DNA of 64,000 nucleotides from Geopsychrobacteraceae bacterium (lineage in GTDB: Bacteria; Desulfobacterota; Desulfuromonadia; Desulfuromonadales; Geopsychrobacteraceae), in NCBI GenBank assembly GCA_963662315.1, contig OY759353.1, forward strand, positions 3,328,001 through 3,392,000, given 5' to 3'. A program made the position numbers and the translations under genes. Under the pieces are notes generated by a model. It had not been told where the DNA came from. It did no database searches and saw nothing but the letters and a program-made list of their open reading frames with translations. Shown here piece by piece: positions 40,132 to 48,870 of the stretch; the first letter of the stretch is position 1, and every line of letters begins with the position of its first letter.

Positions 40132-42426
40132 TTAAGCAGTAATTACGACGTCGTCGAAGTTCTGCAGTCTGGATGCCTTACAGATCATTTGCTTGAGCGG
40201 AGCACCGAAACCAAGCTTACCGATATGCTTATGGGGCACCATGTTGTTGACGTTGGACTGCCATACGCCGAACAGGTTTGGCTCTTCGCCATCTTGCTCT
40301 GGGAACCACCAGCCGTGAGTTGCGTGAACAACTTTAGGATGGATACAAGGTGTAACCTTGGCTTTCATCTTAGCCTTGCCGAACATGTTCTCGAGCAGGA
40401 CCCAGTCACCTTCTTTGATACCCAAATCTTCAGCGGTCGTTGGGTGGAGCTCAACAACTGGCCATGGATCGATTTCACGCAGAGTAGCGATTTGACGGTG
40501 CTCTGAGTGGAAAGAGGTAACCTTACGTGCACCAGTGGTCAGGACCAGTGGATATTCCTTCCACAGTTCTGGAGTGCTGATCGGGCTGTATGGTGGCTCT
40601 TTGAAGTATGGGAGTGCATCATCACCCCAAGCTTCGAACAGCGTTGAAGACAGCTCAACCAGACCGGTAACAGTGTTGAAACCTGGCTCGCCATCGCCAC
40701 GGAGCATACCTTTTTCATATTTCTTGTAGGTATACTTCGGAGTGTAGACACCCATTTCTCTCAGGCCGTTGAAGTCAACGCCCAGCTCAGGCTGGAGCTG
40801 TTGGGTAAAGAAGTCTTCAACATCTTCACATTCCCACATATCCGGGTGAAGTTTTTTACCGAGTTCGATACAAACTTCGATATCAGAACGGGTATCACCA
40901 ACACGCAGGGCCTGGTTGATAGGACCAAGGGTGACGGAGTTACGGCCGAAGTGAGTAATAACAACACCATTATGCTCAGCAAACGTTGGCAGTGGCAGGA
41001 AGACATCGCCGAAAGCCATAGCCGTTGGGGTCATGAAGCAGTCCTGGACAACGTTGAATTCCAGGGTCTTCAGGGCATGATACCAACGGTCACATTGAAC
41101 AGCACAGGTCGGGGTAATGAAGTTGGAGCTGTTGAACCAACCCATGCGCAGACGGTAAGGCTTGCCACTTTCGAGGGTGTCAAGAGTTTCGTCAGGGTGA
41201 GTGGTGGCCAGCGCAGTACTGAGAGCAGGCCATTCTTTAGCACCAATACGTTTGTCCCACAGTTCGTCAGACAGGTTACGACGAGTTTCAACACGCCATT
41301 TGCCCAACAGAGCAGCTGGAGGCCCGAGGGTGATACCACCAGGAATATCGAGGTTACCAGTGATAGCAGCAAGTGACAGGATGGCATGACCCATCTGAAC
41401 ACCGTTCGGGTTCTCGTCGGTTGCCAGACCCCATTGGATTGCACATGGTTTGGAGTTGGCGATCATACGAGCGCAGCGGATGATCTGGTCTTCAGGCACC
41501 CAGGTAATGCCGGCAACTTTTGCTGGTGAGTATTCCTGAACGCGCTCTTTCAGTTCTTCAAAACCGTAACACCAGTTCTCGGTGAACTCTTTATCATAAA
41601 TTTCTTCGTTAATGATAACGTTCAGGAAAGCCAGAGCCAGAGCGGAGTCAGTACCAGGACGCAGCTGGCATACTTCAGCGCAACGGGTACCGAGCCAGGT
41701 CATACGTGGATCGACGTGAATCATTTTGGTGCCGCGCTTCATCATATCGATGAGAGCATGACCGAAGAAACCATCAGGGTTTGAATACAGGGCATTTTTA
41801 CCCCATTCAACGATCAGTTCTGGTAGGGTGAAGCCTGGATCGTCGAAGCGTTTTTCGAAGTAACCGGCGTAGTCGATTTCAGGATAACCTGCACCGAGGA
41901 TATAGTCGGTAATCGCACAGCGTGGGCCGTAGCATGACCACCCACTCAGTGGGTAGCAGACGTTCGGGGTTCCGATTGAAGCAAACCCGAGCGGATAGTA
42001 GTAGAGACATGCCTGGCGACCGGTACCACCGAAAACGATGATAGACTCAGCGCCGTGTTTCTCTTTGAATTCTTTAATTTTTGGAACAATGATATCCCAG
42101 GCTTCGTCCCAGGAGATTTTGGTCCACTTGTTTTTACCGCGATCTTCCAATTTACGTTTCATCGGGGTGGTGATACGTGAGGGGTGATGAACGTACTCTG
42201 GGAGAGACAGACATCTAACGCACAAACGACCGTTAGTAATCGGATGCTCTTCGTCGCCTTCGACTTCGATGAGCCTACCACCTTTAACCGTCAGCTTCAT
42301 ACCGCAGCCAACTGGGTGGTCTCCTGGAGGTGACCAGCCACAAGTCCTTACTGTAACGGATCCATCCTCATTTTCTGTTTTCCACTCTTTCTTCATTCGA
42401 TCTTCCATTGCCATTGAATTACCCAT
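40132..42426 (-). CDS. Molybdopterin (bis-MGD) oxidoreductase catalytic subunit 1, no Tat signal, catechol dehydroxylase/acetylene hydratase-like
   Basis: DPR, LRPGTD, FHSEHRQ and HGWWFPE motifs; atypical N-terminal CGWSPPGDHPVGC...C; SGWSCYGPR candidate Cys ligand. Confidence 0.88.
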   Translation of the reverse strand: MGNSMAMEDRMKKEWKTENEDGSVTVRTCGWSPPGDHPVGCGMKLTVKGGRLIEVEGDEEHPITNGRLCVRCLSLPEYVHHPSRITTPMKRKLEDRGKNKWTKISWDEAWDIIVPKIKEFKEKHGAESIIVFGGTGRQACLYYYPLGFASIGTPNVCYPLSGWSCYGPRCAITDYILGAGYPEIDYAGYFEKRFDDPGFTLPELIVEWGKNALYSNPDGFFGHALIDMMKRGTKMIHVDPRMTWLGTRCAEVCQLRPGTDSALALAFLNVIINEEIYDKEFTENWCYGFEELKERVQEYSPAKVAGITWVPEDQIIRCARMIANSKPCAIQWGLATDENPNGVQMGHAILSLAAITGNLDIPGGITLGPPAALLGKWRVETRRNLSDELWDKRIGAKEWPALSTALATTHPDETLDTLESGKPYRLRMGWFNSSNFITPTCAVQCDRWYHALKTLEFNVVQDCFMTPTAMAFGDVFLPLPTFAEHNGVVITHFGRNSVTLGPINQALRVGDTRSDIEVCIELGKKLHPDMWECEDVEDFFTQQLQPELGVDFNGLREMGVYTPKYTYKKYEKGMLRGDGEPGFNTVTGLVELSSTLFEAWGDDALPYFKEPPYSPISTPELWKEYPLVLTTGARKVTSFHSEHRQIATLREIDPWPVVELHPTTAEDLGIKEGDWVLLENMFGKAKMKAKVTPCIHPKVVHATHGWWFPEQDGEEPNLFGVWQSNVNNMVPHKHIGKLGFGAPLKQMICKASRLQNFDDVVITA

Positions 42427-42615
42427 CCTTTCATTCTCGAATGTGAATACACAAAAACAATCCGCAAGGTTTTTCTCTTTCGCACCTCCTTTATGCTTTT
42501 ATGAATTACGAAAAATCGAACCTCCGGTGCTTTCCGAATACTGTTTGTTTTTACATAACCTGGCAGGCTGCAGTATCGAAGAACTCCGGGCCTCGGTTTT
42601 GACTATCCCAATAAA

Positions 42616-42631
42616 TGCGACTTATGTGCCA
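42616..42631 (-). promoter_or_regulatory. sigma54 -24/-12 promoter of oxidoreductase 1
   Basis: Minus strand TGGCACATAAGTCGCA (GG-N10-GC). Confidence 0.75.
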
Positions 42632-43114
42632 ATTTTTTAAATACCGGAACGTGTACTTATATACACGAAATCATTGAAGATTCTCAGATGGGAGAAATTT
42701 CTCAAAAAATCTCTTTTTGGGATGATCTTTTTTGCTGAATTTATCATTATGAACTGTAACGTGCCGATATTGCTTGGTTCTTATTTTAAAACGAGTTGTC
42801 ATTTTAGGACTCGTCCCGGTCCTCACAAATGGCATTCATATTTTATTATTCAAAAGCATTTCTAATGGTGTCATGAGGTTGCAAAAAATCATGATTCAAG
42901 CAAAAATAATGTCGTCTTAATGATCCTTTAAAGGGCCGGTAAAAATTGAATAGAAGAGAGTGTTGGATGGTCAAGAACATTCAATATAACCAGCGTTCTT
43001 GGCGTAGGGGGTATCAATAGTGTTGACGTTTGTCGGTTCTTAAATCGGAATCTTTTTACAGCCAGGCCCGCCAAGTGGTTTGGCAGGCCTGGGATTAGAG
43101 CAATCAAGAAGATA

Positions 43115-44428
43115 TTAGAAAGTCAGATGTTTTTGTCCATGACAGTTTGTCAACTGATAGGAGCAGAACGGAACCAGGCGGCCCTCGGGACCAGCAACAG
43201 TCATGCTGCACTGCTGCAGGCGTTGCAGATCCATACTGTCGGCATCCATATAATTCATAATTAAAATTGAAACACCTGGTTCAATATCCGGGTACATACG
43301 AGCGGCGATATCGGGCATGACGGATCCCTGTGGACTTGTAGGGTCAAAATGCTCAAGATATTCAGCAACGGTAATCTTGCGACTGACCGGGCTGAACCCT
43401 TCTGGTGTCCTGACAACGTAGGTGGTTGAATCACACAGGGGGTGAGAACAGCCTGTCGGCCAGAAATCATAGGGCTGGACGATTCCATCACTTTGCTCGG
43501 AGAGTTTGAAGATGACATCACCCATCGTTAACGGCAGATTGTCATTGACATCAAAACGACCGGAACCAAAAGCGGGCTGATAGGCGACCCCGGCGATTAC
43601 ATCGCGATTTTCAAGGGCAAAGCGCAAAACGTCTCCCATCTGGTCTTCGTTCGTCCCACTGATAACGGCCATTGCCAGAACCACTTGAATCCCTGCGGCA
43701 CGACAATTTTCGATGGCCTGCCGCTTCAGCTTAACCAGATTTGCACCACGAACTTTTCTGAACACGTCATCTGTTAAGCCATCAAACTGCATATAAATAC
43801 CAGTAATGCCGGCATCGATCAGTTCTTGAAGAAAGGCCGGATTCTGACTGATAACTACACCGTTGGTATTGACCTCTATAGCGCTAAATCCAACCTCACG
43901 ACACATACGTACGATTTGCGGTAGATCGTCCCTGACGGTAGGTTCACCACCGGTGAGCTGAATGCTGGTGTTCGCTCCACTCTGTTCCAGAATACTCTCT
44001 AGCTGCGCCTTGATAATCTCCAACGATAAATCAGTGTCGATAGCACTCTGATTGCCGTCAGCGGCCATAAAACACACCGGGCAGCGCAGGTTGCAGCGTT
44101 GGGTCAGTTCTATTTCGACCAGACGAGGATGGTGACGATGGTGACTGCACAGGCCACAGGCGTCTGGACAAGACAGTGTAGATGTCTTTGATTTTTCGGG
44201 AGCCACATGAGGAAATTTAAATTTTTTCAACCAAAGATAATGCTCTTCATCAGGCCAGAGATATGTTGAATAGCACCCATGGTCAGAACACTCTTTATCC
44301 ATAAAGACAGCATTGTCCCGCACCACAATCTGCGCCGGAAGAACCTTGAGGCATTCAGGGCAGACGCTTTGAGTTGTTTCGAGAAGCTTTACCGCTGTTG
44401 ACGTTTGATTAACGACTGCTGTTGACAT
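43115..44428 (-). CDS. Radical SAM protein, Tes/GDGT-MAS (MJ0619)-like architecture
   Basis: CPEC..CSDH, CPDACGLCSHH, CNLRCPVC, SHPLC and RLQQC..VPFC motifs. Confidence 0.85.
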   Translation of the reverse strand: MSTAVVNQTSTAVKLLETTQSVCPECLKVLPAQIVVRDNAVFMDKECSDHGCYSTYLWPDEEHYLWLKKFKFPHVAPEKSKTSTLSCPDACGLCSHHRHHPRLVEIELTQRCNLRCPVCFMAADGNQSAIDTDLSLEIIKAQLESILEQSGANTSIQLTGGEPTVRDDLPQIVRMCREVGFSAIEVNTNGVVISQNPAFLQELIDAGITGIYMQFDGLTDDVFRKVRGANLVKLKRQAIENCRAAGIQVVLAMAVISGTNEDQMGDVLRFALENRDVIAGVAYQPAFGSGRFDVNDNLPLTMGDVIFKLSEQSDGIVQPYDFWPTGCSHPLCDSTTYVVRTPEGFSPVSRKITVAEYLEHFDPTSPQGSVMPDIAARMYPDIEPGVSILIMNYMDADSMDLQRLQQCSMTVAGPEGRLVPFCSYQLTNCHGQKHLTF

Positions 44429-44610
44429 AACGACAACTTCCTTGAAGAAAAAAGCAGATCACTGCTTACATTTTAATTAGATAGCAGGAACCAGCAATTA
44501 TTCACACAGTCGGGAAGGGCAAGCATTTGAGCTGAGACGTACTGCATATACGCCTCATAACCAAAGATGTAGCCCAATCCTGATCTGCGGCAATAGGGCG
44601 TGTTCCGGGC

Positions 44611-44660
44611 AAAACGAAAAGGGGCGTTGCCGGACAAGGGGGAAGATGGTCCGGCAACGC
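44611..44660 (-). terminator. Terminator after the NrfD-like gene
   Basis: GCGTTGCCGGAC/GTCCGGCAACGC stem, then TTTTCGTTTT on the minus strand. Confidence 0.7.
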
Positions 44661-44682
44661 TATTGGCATTACAGTGAAACGA

Positions 44683-45612
44683 CTACAACCAGGCTTTCTT
44701 AATGAACTCTTCGTGTCCTTTGGGTAAGCGACTGCGATATTTCAATTCGCCCGGCATAAAGGTACGATCACTGCCGCTCTGCACAGTCAGCATACGCATG
44801 GTGACGCCGCCGAACAGCACAAACAGGCAGCCGATTGCTGCCGTTGCCGCAAAGGGAATGACAGCCAGAACCAGTGGCACGATGGTTCCAAGAACCATAA
44901 AAGAGATTCTGAAACCTGAAGTCATGTCCCCATTGATCCAGCGCTGGGCCGCAGCACTTTCTACAGCAGTGGTGCCCGTCTGTTTAATCCACAGGTAACC
45001 AACCCACAGTACCACCTGAGCAAACAGCATAGCAGCCATTATACCTGGCAGAGCTTGCCAAACCTGCTCAGATGCAGGGGCGGAAACAATCAGGCCACAG
45101 ATATAATGAGCAGCAACTGCCGTAACCAATGAGGACAGCAGGAACAATGCCATGATTCCAGGACCGGTCCAGAAGGGACGCCCCTTGTGACGACCGAGCA
45201 AAACGCCTGGATAGGTTGCTACAACCAGACCGGTTACCACATTGATTATGGCCAGAAGACCTCTTAAAAAGCCCCAATCGCGCCAGAAGAACAGGCTCCA
45301 GTCAATCCCGAAAGAGGCATAAACAAAACCGGAAATAATGGCAAATGTCATCATCCAGGCCCCAAAGGTCAAAATTGCTTTGGGATTCATGAAAACACGC
45401 CAGGCTTGTAGCGGGCGACCCAGTTCAAGAATCAGAAAACCGCAGCCGACGCACATACATAGTGGGCCGACAATATTACCCAGCAGGGATGTCATTCCTG
45501 GTCCGACAAACAGATCTGTCAATCCGGCAATGACCAGCATAGCGCCACCCATTCCCGCAAAGAAGAAGTCGACGGCCAGCATCCAGCCCCAAGTTTGATG
45601 TTTCTCGCTCAT
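44683..45612 (-). CDS. NrfD/PsrC family membrane anchor
   Basis: WG...A..FF.AG.GG, LELGRP, Y.G.LL and PFW motifs; about 8 TM segments. Confidence 0.9.
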   Translation of the reverse strand: MSEKHQTWGWMLAVDFFFAGMGGAMLVIAGLTDLFVGPGMTSLLGNIVGPLCMCVGCGFLILELGRPLQAWRVFMNPKAILTFGAWMMTFAIISGFVYASFGIDWSLFFWRDWGFLRGLLAIINVVTGLVVATYPGVLLGRHKGRPFWTGPGIMALFLLSSLVTAVAAHYICGLIVSAPASEQVWQALPGIMAAMLFAQVVLWVGYLWIKQTGTTAVESAAAQRWINGDMTSGFRISFMVLGTIVPLVLAVIPFAATAAIGCLFVLFGGVTMRMLTVQSGSDRTFMPGELKYRSRLPKGHEEFIKKAWL

Positions 45613-45628
45613 CGTAAATCTCCCCTAG

Positions 45629-46171
45629 TTAAATAATGTAATAAACAGCGGGTTGCGTATTCAGTTCAGGCAGCATCTGAATATACTGATTTTCTTTGAT
45701 CAGCTTGTACACTTCGCTGTTTTCATCTTCAATATCACCAAAAATCCGGGCCTTTTGATGACAGGTTGCCACACAATGAGGAACCATACCCTGATCTACG
45801 CGGTCCATACAGAAGTTACATTTGTTGACCGCGCCAGTTTCATGATTCATGTAGCGGGCGCCATACGGACAGGCCATGACACAGGACAGGCAGCCGACAC
45901 ATTTCTTGTCCTCAACATGAACGATCCCGTCCTCACGCTGTACAGACGCGCCGGTCGGACAGGCGTCAACACACGGTGAATTATCACAGTGCATACAGAT
46001 CAGCGGCAGAAAGCGGGAATGCAGATTCGGATAAACTCCGTGTGGTCCATCCTGAACGACTGGGTTATAGACCATATCGGTCGGCAGTTCATTATGAACC
46101 TTGCAGGCGACAGAACAGGAGTGACAACCGATACAGCGCCGGGTATCCATGACAATTACGTAACGAGCCAT
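45629..46171 (-). CDS. 4Fe-4S dicluster subunit (DmsB/NrfC/PsrC-partner-like)
   Basis: Four Cys groups: CIGCHSC..C, CMHC..C..CP, CVGCLSC..CP, CNFC..C..C; no Tat signal. Confidence 0.93.
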   Translation of the reverse strand: MARYVIVMDTRRCIGCHSCSVACKVHNELPTDMVYNPVVQDGPHGVYPNLHSRFLPLICMHCDNSPCVDACPTGASVQREDGIVHVEDKKCVGCLSCVMACPYGARYMNHETGAVNKCNFCMDRVDQGMVPHCVATCHQKARIFGDIEDENSEVYKLIKENQYIQMLPELNTQPAVYYII

Positions 46172-46172
46172 C

Positions 46173-48416
46173 TTAATTTACCTCCTTACTGTCAACCTTG
46201 TAGACACGACACAACAGACCACGGTTTGCCCAGGAACCACTGTACGGGTCACAGTGCTCATCGGCGGTGCTGGTCAGCATATTTCCGTTTGATTCCAGCG
46301 CGCCACCAAGTTCACCACCTAGAGGGATATCGCGCATATCTTTTTCCGGGAACCACCAGCAGCGCTGGGTAAAAATGACTTTGGGATGAATAGCTTCAGT
46401 CAGGTTCGCGCGTTGCTTCATGCGGCCACGTGCGGTTTCAACCCAACACCAGTCACCATCTTCGATACCCATTTCCTGAGCCGTCCGGGTGTTGATATCG
46501 AGGAATGGTGAATGTTTGATAAAACGCATATCCTTGATCTGATAATGCTCTGAGTGGTGGAACGGCATAAAACCACCACCGGTGGTGAGAACCAATGGGT
46601 ATTTCTCAGCCAGTTCAGGGTGGTCAATCTCATTCTCGGTTGGGCCGACATACTCAGGCAATGGTGGATAGCCCAGTTCCTTGAGGGTCGTTGAATAGAG
46701 TTCTACTTTACCGGACGGAGTGGCAAAACCCTGGCGCTTATACTTGTAGTATTCACGTTCCGGGAAGTGGAAGCGGATATTCTCGACAAACTCGTCCCAA
46801 CTTGATACCGGATGGCCAATCGGCTCAATGGCACTGTAATAAGCTTCTTCAACTGTTTTCCACGGCCAGTTTTCTTCCTGCCCAAGGGCGACACCGAGAT
46901 CGCGCCAGAAGTTAAAGTCGTTACGCCGCTCGTACATGGGTTGAATGGCACGCTGAGAAGCCAGCATGAAGTCGGCACAACCATAACTGTTGGTAATGAT
47001 CGGGCGCTCAAGAGCCCCGGCAATTGGCATGACGTAATCAGCAAACATTGCTGAAGGCGTCACCCAGTAATCACAGGCCACCATGAATTCAACCTTGCGC
47101 AGAGCCTCCAAAACCACCGGAGTCTCACCATAGGATGCCAATGGGTTGGTTGCGGAGATCAGCAGCGCTTTGACTGGGTAGGGGTCGCCTGTGGCAATGG
47201 CACGGAAGACTGATGGTGGGTGAGCTTCACACATCCATTCAGCGGTCGGTACTTTACCCCAGGTTTTCCTGGTCAATTCGCTGATCTTGCTGTAGCCAGG
47301 CCAGGTGACCAATTTGAATTTATCCGAACCAATCTGCTTGGCCCGCTGCTCTTCAGGCAGGAATTTGTTGCCTTCCATCTCCTCATCGGTCAGATAATCC
47401 TGTGAGGGACCGGTCAACAGGTCAGCGCCAGGGCAATCAAGGTTGCCAGTCAACGCACGTAGAAGTGCACGAGCATGCATTGTTGCCCCAGCAGGGCGAC
47501 CAATCTGGTCGACTGACGTACCCCACTGAATATTGCCCGGCTTATTCATGGCATACATGTGAGCGCCTTCGCGGATCTGCTCAGGGGTTAGCCAGGTGAG
47601 TTCAGCAGCCCATTCAGGAGAGAAATCAACAACGTGCTCAGCCAGCTCCTGGAAGCCTTCACAGTACTCAAGGACGAATTCCTGATCCATCAGGCCTTCG
47701 TAGATAATGACATGGATCCAGGCCAGTGCTAGAGCCAAGTCAGAACCGGGACGCAATGGCAGCCACAAATCAGCCTTTTCAGCGGTCTCGGTAAAGCGTG
47801 GATCGATAACAATAACCTTCATCCCCTTGGCTTGAAGGTCGTGGATATGATGTGCTTCCGGCATACCTGAGGCACCGGGATTCTGCCCCCACAGGACGAT
47901 ACAACGGCTTTGCGCGATATCCAGGTCAAAGGGGCACCAACCGTAGATGGCGGTTTCAACCATGAAGGTCGGAATCCAGCACAAGTGCGCATTATGGAAA
48001 CCATTTGGACTGCCGAACAGGTTCATAAAACGCCGGCGGGACCAGTCATCGGTACGCTGCGTTCCACCTGCGGTGGCAACAGCTTCGGCACCAAATTGTT
48101 CACGAATCGAAGACAGCTTGGCGGCAATTTCAGAAATAGCCTGATCCCATGGGATCTGCTCCCATTTCCCCTCACCGCGCTTGCCGACACGCTTGAGTGG
48201 ATAATTGACGCGATCAGGGTGATTGAGGTGTTTCAGTGCGATGTTTCCGCGGCAGCATAGCCCACCCTGATTGGTCGGGAATTCGGGATCGCCTTCAATC
48301 TTCAGAACTTCGTTGTCTTTGACGTAGGCTAAAACGCCGCAATTCTGGTGACAGAAATAGCAGGCCGATTTTTTAACCTCTACACCCTCTTGATTCAAAT
48401 CCACTTGTGTACTCAT
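46173..48416 (-). CDS. Molybdopterin/tungstopterin oxidoreductase catalytic subunit 2, acetylene hydratase-like, no Tat signal
   Basis: CYFCHQNC..C cluster; RRFMNLFGSPN..HLC; PYPVKA; ATPSGKVELYS; GAGG RBS before ATG 48416. Confidence 0.88.
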   Translation of the reverse strand: MSTQVDLNQEGVEVKKSACYFCHQNCGVLAYVKDNEVLKIEGDPEFPTNQGGLCCRGNIALKHLNHPDRVNYPLKRVGKRGEGKWEQIPWDQAISEIAAKLSSIREQFGAEAVATAGGTQRTDDWSRRRFMNLFGSPNGFHNAHLCWIPTFMVETAIYGWCPFDLDIAQSRCIVLWGQNPGASGMPEAHHIHDLQAKGMKVIVIDPRFTETAEKADLWLPLRPGSDLALALAWIHVIIYEGLMDQEFVLEYCEGFQELAEHVVDFSPEWAAELTWLTPEQIREGAHMYAMNKPGNIQWGTSVDQIGRPAGATMHARALLRALTGNLDCPGADLLTGPSQDYLTDEEMEGNKFLPEEQRAKQIGSDKFKLVTWPGYSKISELTRKTWGKVPTAEWMCEAHPPSVFRAIATGDPYPVKALLISATNPLASYGETPVVLEALRKVEFMVACDYWVTPSAMFADYVMPIAGALERPIITNSYGCADFMLASQRAIQPMYERRNDFNFWRDLGVALGQEENWPWKTVEEAYYSAIEPIGHPVSSWDEFVENIRFHFPEREYYKYKRQGFATPSGKVELYSTTLKELGYPPLPEYVGPTENEIDHPELAEKYPLVLTTGGGFMPFHHSEHYQIKDMRFIKHSPFLDINTRTAQEMGIEDGDWCWVETARGRMKQRANLTEAIHPKVIFTQRCWWFPEKDMRDIPLGGELGGALESNGNMLTSTADEHCDPYSGSWANRGLLCRVYKVDSKEVN

Positions 48417-48584
48417 AGTTCCTCTCTTCAGGTCATCCAGGTTCTTATTGAAAAGATCTTTCCATGCTGACCATTGTGAACCTGACAGCATAAAAATTTC
48501 CTGCCCAGCACATTCGGGTTCTTTCTCATCACAGCATCAACACTTACTTTCGGTGGCGCTCAGAACAGTGCCGGCCTGCTAATG

Positions 48585-48600
48585 TGCAACTTGCAGGCCA
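48585..48600 (-). promoter_or_regulatory. sigma54 -24/-12 promoter of the oxidoreductase 2 operon
   Basis: Minus strand TGGCCTGCAAGTTGCA (GG-N10-GC). Confidence 0.7.
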
Positions 48601-48793
48601 AAGCTTTTTGCTCGGCCAGCTCCAGGTATGGTAAAAACTTTGGGAAGTATCAGAGGGGCAAGGGAAAACCGGCAATAAAACATGATTAGTTGAACCATTT
48701 TCAAGGTCTGAAAGGTTTGTTTCTGGGCCTTGCAGTCAGGAGGGGGGAATCTTTTTTTGCGATCAGAGTTTCATTTTGAGATCCTGTCACCAT

Positions 48794-48833
48794 AAAAAAC
48801 CGGCTCGCGGTAAATGCTTATCGCGAGCCGGTT
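48794..48833 (-). terminator. Terminator after the sigma54 activator gene
   Basis: AACCGGCTCGCG/CGCGAGCCGGTT stem followed by a T tract. Confidence 0.8.
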
Positions 48834-48870
48834 ACGAGCCTATTTCAAGCAGATTGCGGGGGGGGGCAGG

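Noticed and set aside
39766..40506. 246-aa plus-strand ORF and similar long antisense ORFs (e.g. 3798-4568, 1981-2646)
   Set aside because: Antisense shadows of well-supported genes, with no recognisable motifs.
46173..48416. Calling this a true acetylene hydratase
   Set aside because: The catalytic Asp equivalent is His, and the gene has redox partner subunits.
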